Positions 7,897 to 14,017 of a stretch of 22,209 nucleotides of DNA are shown one piece after another. The notes under the pieces were generated by a model. The model saw nothing but the letters and a program-made list of their open reading frames with translations, searched no databases and was not told where the DNA came from. This stretch comes from Myxococcota bacterium (GTDB taxonomy: Bacteria; Myxococcota; UBA4151), in assembly GCA_040260805.1 (NCBI GenBank), contig JBDQPD010000055.1, positions 1 to 22,209 on the forward strand, read 5' to 3'. Positions within the stretch are counted from its first letter, which is position 1. Each line of letters begins with the position of its first letter. A program made the translations under genes and the position numbers.

Positions 7897-7924
7897 AACC
7901 TAGTCCGCGTTCGGGCCGATGCAA
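7897..7924 (-). promoter_or_regulatory. Possible sigma70-type promoter for htpX (TTGCAT-N16-TAGGTT)
   Basis: On the - strand, TTGCAT (7924-7919) and TAGGTT (7902-7897) are spaced 16 nt apart and end 22 nt upstream of the htpX ATG. Imperfect match only. Confidence 0.25.
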
Positions 7925-7937
7925 GCCTTAAGCGACT

Positions 7938-9122
7938 GTGGGGGAACCATTGAGTTTTGGGCTGACTCTTTTGATGGCAGGATTATCGGCGCAACCAGGC
8001 TTAGGTTTGGGGGTAGGCTACCTCGACCAGCGTGCCGGCGTCGAGCTGCGTGCCGAGTTGGGTTTGAGCACCAAAAAATGGACGCTCAAACTCGCCGCTC
8101 CTCTGCGCGCTTTGCTCGATGATGGCTTGAGCTTTCGTGCTGCGGACTGGGACGAACTCGGTGACTATTCGGCGCTGATCCAATCTCTTGAATGGGGCGA
8201 CGATGGGTTTAAGATCCGCGGCGGTCGGTTGGTCTTGAGCTCAGGGCACGGAAGCGTTGTCGATGGTTATCGAGCCGGAGGTCACCCGGATCACCAAGCC
8301 GCAGGTTTATCAGCGACCTGGCGACAGTCGCGTCTAGCCGCCGAACTCGCTGTGGACCGGATCACCGACCCCATGTTGGTTTTTAGCCACCTCCGCTACG
8401 CGCTCAAGTCGGTGGACCTCACCAGTTCGTGGGTCCCAAGCATTGGCACCACGTTGGCGATTGATCCCCAGCCCGCCGCGCCTCAAGTTGATGGCGTTGA
8501 TGGTCGTCTGGGCGTTGATCTGGAGAGTTTATGGCGTCTTCGTGATCATCGGGTCGGTCTGTATCTCGATGCTGTGACCGGCATTGGTCCGGCTTGGGCT
8601 TATCGTCATCGTTTACATCTTGGTATTTTAGCGAGCTGGTTTGAGCGTCATTGGCGTTTGGGCCTTCGCCTGGAGGGACGGCGAAGCGCTGACGGTTTGC
8701 CGGCTGGTCCCTACGACAATCTTTATGCATTGTTCCGCCATGAGGAGCATTTCGTGCGTCCTGCGGCAAGCGATGCGTTAGGTTTTGGTGCTCAGATCAG
8801 CCTCAACAGTGCCCAGGGTAATGGTATGACCCTGCGCTTAGCTAAGGACCCTTATGGAAGCGACAGCATGAAGCGGGTTGAGGGGCGTCTGAATTGGACA
8901 ATTGCAGGCCGTGGAGCTTTGTATTTTGCCGGCGGAACCTGGGAAACGGGTCAAGAGCCGCCAAGCTGGTACGCTCAAGGCGAGGGCAGAATTAGTGTGA
9001 CTAAGGGATTGGCTGCTTGGTTGCGTTTGCGACGCATGCGTCGCTTCATTGGCGGCGTTGAAGAGCCGGTTATCGATGCGATGATCGGTCTGAGCGGCGC
9101 GTTGGCGATACGCGCTCAGTGA
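7938..9122 (+). CDS. Hypothetical exported protein, probable outer-membrane beta-barrel
   Basis: Signal-peptide-like N-terminus (SFGLTLLMAGLSA-Q; a TTG at 7950 after GGGGGA is a plausible start). Many amphipathic G/aromatic-rich strands (VGLYLDAV, LHLGILASW, WRLGLRLEG, FGAQISL, WYAQGEGRISV, AMIGLSGAL). Local motif PLR...DWDE..DY...G...GHG....Y. Confidence 0.65.
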   Translation: MGEPLSFGLTLLMAGLSAQPGLGLGVGYLDQRAGVELRAELGLSTKKWTLKLAAPLRALLDDGLSFRAADWDELGDYSALIQSLEWGDDGFKIRGGRLVLSSGHGSVVDGYRAGGHPDHQAAGLSATWRQSRLAAELAVDRITDPMLVFSHLRYALKSVDLTSSWVPSIGTTLAIDPQPAAPQVDGVDGRLGVDLESLWRLRDHRVGLYLDAVTGIGPAWAYRHRLHLGILASWFERHWRLGLRLEGRRSADGLPAGPYDNLYALFRHEEHFVRPAASDALGFGAQISLNSAQGNGMTLRLAKDPYGSDSMKRVEGRLNWTIAGRGALYFAGGTWETGQEPPSWYAQGEGRISVTKGLAAWLRLRRMRRFIGGVEEPVIDAMIGLSGALAIRAQ

Positions 9123-9910
9123 ATCTTCGCTTCCCCCTCATGATCGGCGCCGTGTTGACGGCCTTAGCGCTGCAAGCTTGGACTGGGCTGACGATCCCTT
9201 CAAAGTCCGCTCAGAGCGCGCTGGTCAGCGCTGTGGCTGCGACGGTTCAGCCCGGCGATGAGGTCGCCTATCTTCCAGGCTGGGAACAGCAATGGGCCTT
9301 GAGTATCGCTCGGCATTTACCCGACCATACGCAGCGCTTAGGGCGTGATGATTTGCTGCGACCGTTTGACCGGTTATGGCTGTTTGAAAGCGCCGACAGT
9401 CCAGGGCCGGATTTCGCATTACAGCCGGGCGTGAGGGTTCTCGAAGAGGTGGTTAAGGGCGGCTTGAGCGTTCGCCTTTATGAGCAGCAGCGAGCCCTTG
9501 AACCGCTCGCTTATCCTCAACTAAAAAAATGCCGTCTGACCAAGGCGCAAAGGCGCTGCAGCGATGCTTCGGGGCGAATTCAAACGACTGAGTTAGCGTT
9601 TGATGGCCGATTTGCTTGGGGGCAAAAAATAACCGTCAAGTCGGACGTTATGACGCTTATTTTCCAAGGTGAGCCAGGCGCAACGCTCATCGGTGGCATG
9701 GGGTGGACAGGGCATGGTGTGCGGCATGCAAAGGGGGGCGTATCGGTGCAGTGGCAGGGCTCGCAAGCGAGCGGGCATGCGTTGGCCTCTAGAGCCGGTC
9801 TCAAACCCTTTCGTGTGGTCAGTAATTCCCAAGGTCAAGTGCAGCTTAAAATAACCCTAAACAACTGGAAAGACGGAGAGTTTGCGGTGAGCTCGGGGTG
9901 GGTTAAATGA
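9119..9910 (+). CDS. Hypothetical protein with N-terminal membrane anchor/signal and beta-rich C-terminal domain
   Basis: 263-aa ORF with GTGA and ATGA overlaps to both neighbours, a hydrophobic N-terminus and a Cys pair (KKC...RRC). Confidence 0.7.
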   Translation: MNLRFPLMIGAVLTALALQAWTGLTIPSKSAQSALVSAVAATVQPGDEVAYLPGWEQQWALSIARHLPDHTQRLGRDDLLRPFDRLWLFESADSPGPDFALQPGVRVLEEVVKGGLSVRLYEQQRALEPLAYPQLKKCRLTKAQRRCSDASGRIQTTELAFDGRFAWGQKITVKSDVMTLIFQGEPGATLIGGMGWTGHGVRHAKGGVSVQWQGSQASGHALASRAGLKPFRVVSNSQGQVQLKITLNNWKDGEFAVSSGWVK

Positions 9911-11526
9911 ACACCTTTAGCGCTGCAAACCGCCGCGTCGCCGGCGTCCTTGGCTTGGCGTATATGCTGGCACTTTTGTTGGCGCAGACTCAGACTGGAG
10001 TCACCCGCGACGAGGGCTATTATTTTAAGGCTGCGCGCGAATATTCGGGGTGGTTTCGAGTTCTAGTTCAAGACCCTAAGCGAGCCTTTACCGCCAAAGA
10101 GATCGATCGCCACTGGAGCTACAACCACGAGCACCCAGTTTTGATGAAGGTCTTGTTTGCCGCCTCCAATGGGTTGTTTCATGAGGCGCTTGGGCTGAGC
10201 TCGGAAGTCACCGCGATGCGTCTGCCGGGCATCGTCATGAGTGCGCTAGGTGTCGCGCTGACCTTTTTGCTTGGCGTTGGCTTGTGTGGCCCGGCTGTGG
10301 GCTGGCTGGCTGCGTTGTTCCTGGCAACCTCACCTCGCTATTTTTACCATGGTCAGATGGCGTGTTTTGATTCGGCGGTGACCACGATGTGGCTCGCGGT
10401 AGCGCTCGCTTGGCTCTATCGAGAGGGTCACCACTTCAGGCTGGGTGTCGTCTTTGGTTTAGCGATCGCAACAAAGCACAACGTTCTATTTTTCCCCATC
10501 CTCTTACTTTGTCATTGGTTGTGGATTCATCGCGAGCGGATCGTGGGTGGGTTTCGTGCGGGGCGCGCAGACGGTGCGGACGGTTGGGTCCTTCCGTCGA
10601 TTCCCTGGTGGGTGTTTTTCATGGGCCTGATCGGCCCGCTCGTTTTTCTACTTCATTGGCCGTATTTATGGCCGGACCCGGTCGGTCGTATCGGTTGGTA
10701 TTTCGGCTTTCATCTACATCACGAGCATTACCCTGTTCGATACTTTGGTCAGAGCTTGTGGTCGCCTCCTTTTCCCCGCGGTTTCCCCTTCGTGATGTGG
10801 GCCATAACCTTGAGCCTTCCCTTAGTGGTTGCGATGGTTGGCGGTCTCGTTGAGGCGCTGCGTCGGTTGGGAAGCGATCTGTGGTGGGGTCATCAGCCCA
10901 CCGACGCACGGACCGCTTTTATGGTCCTGAATCTGCTGATTCCCGTGGTGTTGATCGCTTCGCCGAGTGTTCCGATTTTCGGAGGCACCAAGCACTGGAT
11001 GAACGCCTTGCCCTTTGGCTGTGTTTTAGCCGCACAATTCTGCCTGCCAGTGATCCTACGGTTGGCGAACAACAGGCGCGCGCTCATCGCACCGTTGATC
11101 GCAGTGATTGTTTTGCCGGGTGCCTTGAGCACCCTGCGCGCTCACCCTCACGGTATCGGCGCTTACACTGAACTGGTCGGCGGGCTTCGTGGGGCGGCAG
11201 ACCTTGGCTTTCAGCGCCAGTTTTGGGGCGGAGCGAGCCGTCCGTTGCTCGAGAAAATCAACACCGAAGCCCGTCAGGGAGCGGTCATCTTCTGCGATCG
11301 AACGAACGAGGACACCTTCCTCGCGTACCAACGAGACGGGCTCTTGCGCTCAGATCTTCGGTTTACCTTACAGATGGGCAAAGCGCATTGGTGGTTTGCC
11401 TTTCATCAACCCGACAGTGACTGGGTGCTCAGCGCAATTCGCATGCGCCGTGATTCGAGCCTGGTTGCCGTTGAAGACCTAGAGGGGGTACCGATGGTCA
11501 GCCTCTACAAAAGAAAGGGGTCCTAA
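9907..11526 (+). CDS. GT-C fold integral-membrane glycosyltransferase (ArnT/PMT-like, GT83/GT39-type)
   Basis: First TM followed by TRDEGYY (acidic DE pair), then NHEHPVLMK, MRLP, FDS, GLAIATKHN; about 10-12 hydrophobic segments and a soluble C-terminal domain. Confidence 0.85.
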   Translation: MNTFSAANRRVAGVLGLAYMLALLLAQTQTGVTRDEGYYFKAAREYSGWFRVLVQDPKRAFTAKEIDRHWSYNHEHPVLMKVLFAASNGLFHEALGLSSEVTAMRLPGIVMSALGVALTFLLGVGLCGPAVGWLAALFLATSPRYFYHGQMACFDSAVTTMWLAVALAWLYREGHHFRLGVVFGLAIATKHNVLFFPILLLCHWLWIHRERIVGGFRAGRADGADGWVLPSIPWWVFFMGLIGPLVFLLHWPYLWPDPVGRIGWYFGFHLHHEHYPVRYFGQSLWSPPFPRGFPFVMWAITLSLPLVVAMVGGLVEALRRLGSDLWWGHQPTDARTAFMVLNLLIPVVLIASPSVPIFGGTKHWMNALPFGCVLAAQFCLPVILRLANNRRALIAPLIAVIVLPGALSTLRAHPHGIGAYTELVGGLRGAADLGFQRQFWGGASRPLLEKINTEARQGAVIFCDRTNEDTFLAYQRDGLLRSDLRFTLQMGKAHWWFAFHQPDSDWVLSAIRMRRDSSLVAVEDLEGVPMVSLYKRKGS

Positions 11527-12306
11527 GTGAGCCGGCAAGTTCTCTACGTCAGCGGCAGCTCAACCCTTAGTAAACTGTTTGAACAAGCCTTAAACCCGCT
11601 TGGATACGATGATCTCATTTACCTGCCCGAGTTTTGGCGCGGGATGGCTGAACTGAAGAAATCAGAGTTTGGCCTGATCATTTTACATGGACCGCTCCCC
11701 GGTCTTCAGATCGATGATGAGCTGGTTAATAACTTGCGCGAAGCAAGCGAGGCTCCCGTCTTTTTATTGGGCTGGGATGAGGATGATCCGGCAGGTGGCT
11801 ACGAAGGTTTTGCGATTGTACCCTCTCCGGTCACAGCGGCTGCTTTGACTCAGGCGGTAGCTCGCTATCGTAAACCGCGCGAAGAAAACCAGCTGCTCTC
11901 GAGACTTCTAGCAGCCCCTGGCTTTCGCACCTTTAGTGAAGCGGCAATGGTTCACTTGCTCCACGGGGCGAGCGCAGTCCAAATCCAAGAGGAGGAGGTG
12001 CTCTTTGAGGAAGGCGCGGCGGGCGATGCCATGTATTTTGTGCTGGCGGGTTCAATCTCTTTACGCTTGAGCCAAACCGAGCTTGAAACCGTTGATTCAG
12101 GGGGTATTTTCGGGGAGATGGGCATGTTGGAGAACAAGCCCAGAGAGGCCCGAGCCGTCGCTACGCAGACTTCGGTCTTACTCGAGGTACATCTCGACAC
12201 ACTCAAGGTCGCAGACCACGAGTTCCGAGCGATCTTCTTTGAGTTGGTCAGCCGGGTGTTGGTGCGCCGCTTACGCTCAACGAACTCTCGACTTCGATCC
12301 CAGTAG
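11527..12306 (+). CDS. Cyclic-nucleotide-binding domain protein with N-terminal receiver-like domain
   Basis: cNMP domain motifs: LFEEGAAGDAMYFVLAGSI, IFGEMGML..KPREARAVA, and C-helix LVRRLRSTN. No HTH follows. The N-terminal ~115 aa follow the REC beta/alpha pattern. GTG start immediately follows the upstream TAA. Confidence 0.82.
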   Translation: MSRQVLYVSGSSTLSKLFEQALNPLGYDDLIYLPEFWRGMAELKKSEFGLIILHGPLPGLQIDDELVNNLREASEAPVFLLGWDEDDPAGGYEGFAIVPSPVTAAALTQAVARYRKPREENQLLSRLLAAPGFRTFSEAAMVHLLHGASAVQIQEEEVLFEEGAAGDAMYFVLAGSISLRLSQTELETVDSGGIFGEMGMLENKPREARAVATQTSVLLEVHLDTLKVADHEFRAIFFELVSRVLVRRLRSTNSRLRSQ

Positions 12307-12738
12307 TCAGAGCTGAGTCGCAGTGACCGCTAGGATGATTGAGCCGTTCATATGGGGAGGTCCCCCGAGCAAGACGGTGCTGCCTGCTCCGACCTTGGCC
12401 TTGGCTCTGAACTTTAGGTCTCGAACCTTCATCGAGACTTTGAGCGAGCCGTCTTTTGCGACGCCGCGGGTGCGCACCTCAAGCCAGCGTGAGCCCGGAA
12501 ACTCAAGTGCGACCACCTCTCGGTCAAAGACCGTTTTGGTGTGACCATCGAGCAGCTTGAACGAGGTGAACGCCAACTGCGATAGATCGGCTTTGAGATC
12601 GACAAGGCCCGGATCCATGCGCGTCCCATCTTTGGTGGCATGGATGACTCGAATGCTCATTTTGAATTGCGACTGAGCGAGCGCTTTGTCGGCAAAGAGC
12701 GAGGACACTAAGAACAGGGGTAGGGCGAGTAGGCGCAT
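12307..12738 (-). CDS. Small secreted beta-rich hypothetical protein (third gene of the ECF operon)
   Basis: Signal peptide MRLLALPLFLVSSLFADKALA-Q; starts 3 nt after the anti-sigma stop, with GAAGGA upstream. Confidence 0.78.
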   Translation of the reverse strand: MRLLALPLFLVSSLFADKALAQSQFKMSIRVIHATKDGTRMDPGLVDLKADLSQLAFTSFKLLDGHTKTVFDREVVALEFPGSRWLEVRTRGVAKDGSLKVSMKVRDLKFRAKAKVGAGSTVLLGGPPHMNGSIILAVTATQL

Positions 12739-12741
12739 GGC

Positions 12742-13269
12742 TTATCCTTCATCGCTTGGCGTGCGTTGTGAAATCCAGATCATTCGGTTTGGGCTTCCTG
12801 GAGCGGCAAGCACGAGCACGTTGTAGTCGGTAGGGTTATCAATCGATTCAATTTCGGTTTCGCCTGACGCTACGGCGCTCGCTGGCGCAGCCGAATGAGC
12901 TGCGATTGCAGGTGCGCTGCTGGTCGGAGGTGTAGCGCTTGGGAGGCCGATGCTCCACATCAGGGCAAGCGCCGCTGCTAGCGAGATAGGGATCGCAATC
13001 GGTCGACTCAAAAAGGCGGTTAAGCGATCCCATAGGCTCGGTGGAACCTGCTCGGTATGCCGCACCGCTCGCATCACCCGCTGCGTAAAGTCAGGGCTGA
13101 GTTCTTCCTTGAGTCCTTCGTTGAGCTTTTGACGCAGCGTCTGCAGCTCGCTCCATTGCTGAGCGAGTTCAGGTTCGTCGGCCAGGCGGGCACGCCACAG
13201 GGCTTCCTGTGTCGGGTCGAGGACGCCGTCGAGCAGCATCATCAGTCCCTCTAGATCATCCTTCCACAT
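12742..13269 (-). CDS. Putative membrane-bound anti-sigma factor
   Basis: Overlaps the 3' end of the ECF gene by 14 nt (GGAGGA upstream of the ATG). N-terminal anti-sigma-domain pattern (LLDGVL...W..L...PDFTQRVM), one TM (IAIPISLAAALALMWSIGL), an Ala/Pro/Ser linker and a short extracytoplasmic domain. Confidence 0.8.
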   Translation of the reverse strand: MWKDDLEGLMMLLDGVLDPTQEALWRARLADEPELAQQWSELQTLRQKLNEGLKEELSPDFTQRVMRAVRHTEQVPPSLWDRLTAFLSRPIAIPISLAAALALMWSIGLPSATPPTSSAPAIAAHSAAPASAVASGETEIESIDNPTDYNVLVLAAPGSPNRMIWISQRTPSDEG

Positions 13270-13888
13270 GGATGTCCTCCTGCTCCAACATCGGCTGCAT
13301 CACCTCGAGAAGTTTACGTCGCGCGTGAAATAGTCGACTCATCACCGTCCCCTTAGGGATGCCAATCGCCTCTGAAATCTCTTCGTAGCTCAATTCTTCA
13401 ATTTCTCGCAGCACGAGGATCTGACGATGGTCCTCGGAGATTTGTTCTAATCCTTGCGAAATAAGGTCTCTTAACTCGGCGCGATGGGTCACCGTCATGC
13501 CATCTTCAAGGGGCTGGCCAGCGTGACCCACTCCATGTTCGACAATGGCGCGACCTACCGAATCGTCATACTCGCCGGTCTTTCGGCGCTGCTGTCGTCG
13601 ATGATGGTCAATATTGAGGTTGTGCATGATGCGGTAAACCCAGGTAAAAAAGCTGGCACCCCCCTGGAAGCGAGGGAGATGTGTCCATGCTCGAACCAAA
13701 GTTTCTTGAACCAACTCTTCGGCTCGGTCTCGGTCCCGAGCGAACTGCAGCGCCACCGCAAACATCCTTCCCTGATAAGTCTCTACAAGTGTTTGAAAAG
13801 CCTTGTGATCACCCTTTGAAGCCAGCGCTATTAACTGCTGCTCTTCTTCATTTGAACGGTTCTTCTCCTGTGGAGTCGACGACGGCAT
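13256..13888 (-). CDS. ECF (sigma-70 group 4) RNA polymerase sigma factor, RpoE/SigW-like
   Basis: Region 2: GDHKAFQTLVETYQ, AEELVQET..RAW, FFTWVYRIMHN. Region 4: ILVLREIEELSYEEISEAIGIPKGTVMSRLFHARRKL. AGGA lies upstream of the ATG. Confidence 0.95.
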   Translation of the reverse strand: MPSSTPQEKNRSNEEEQQLIALASKGDHKAFQTLVETYQGRMFAVALQFARDRDRAEELVQETLVRAWTHLPRFQGGASFFTWVYRIMHNLNIDHHRRQQRRKTGEYDDSVGRAIVEHGVGHAGQPLEDGMTVTHRAELRDLISQGLEQISEDHRQILVLREIEELSYEEISEAIGIPKGTVMSRLFHARRKLLEVMQPMLEQEDIHVEG

Positions 13889-13923
13889 GTCTAATCCTAT
13901 TCAAAAGGAAGCGAATCGAGTTC

Positions 13924-13978
13924 GGGTTGCGCTGTTTGCGTAGGCGCTGGAAGGTAGGGCGGGGTTGCCGTGTTGTGC
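13924..13978. repeat. Imperfect direct repeat in the ECF/DUF4175 divergent intergenic region
   Basis: GGGTTGCgcTGTTTGC starts at 13924 and GGGTTGCcgTGTTGTGC starts at 13962 (38-nt period). Confidence 0.35.
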
Positions 13979-14017
13979 TTAACGACGACTTCGCCCAAAA
14001 GGCGTGCGAAAGGCAAG

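Noticed and set aside
7875..7898. Track start of htpX at TTG 7898 (MSRKKAAI extension)
   Set aside because: ATG 7874 gives the typical HtpX N-terminus, and the extension codons coincide with its purine-rich RBS.
7943..7970. GGAACC-N16-ACTCTT as an ECF promoter on the + strand
   Set aside because: It overlaps the probable ribosome-binding site and signal-peptide codons of the barrel gene, so it is better explained as an SD plus coding sequence.
9907..11526. Assigning the symbol arnT or pmt
   Set aside because: The GT-C fold is clear but the acceptor is not; no arn pathway genes are nearby.
13945..13970. Sigma54 -24/-12 promoter upstream of the MoxR operon
   Set aside because: TTGC is present, but no GG lies at the required 10-nt spacing from the GC.
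13970..14017. Track start of the DUF4175-like gene at GTG 13970
   Set aside because: It falls within the likely promoter/repeat region; ATG 14018 has a better RBS.
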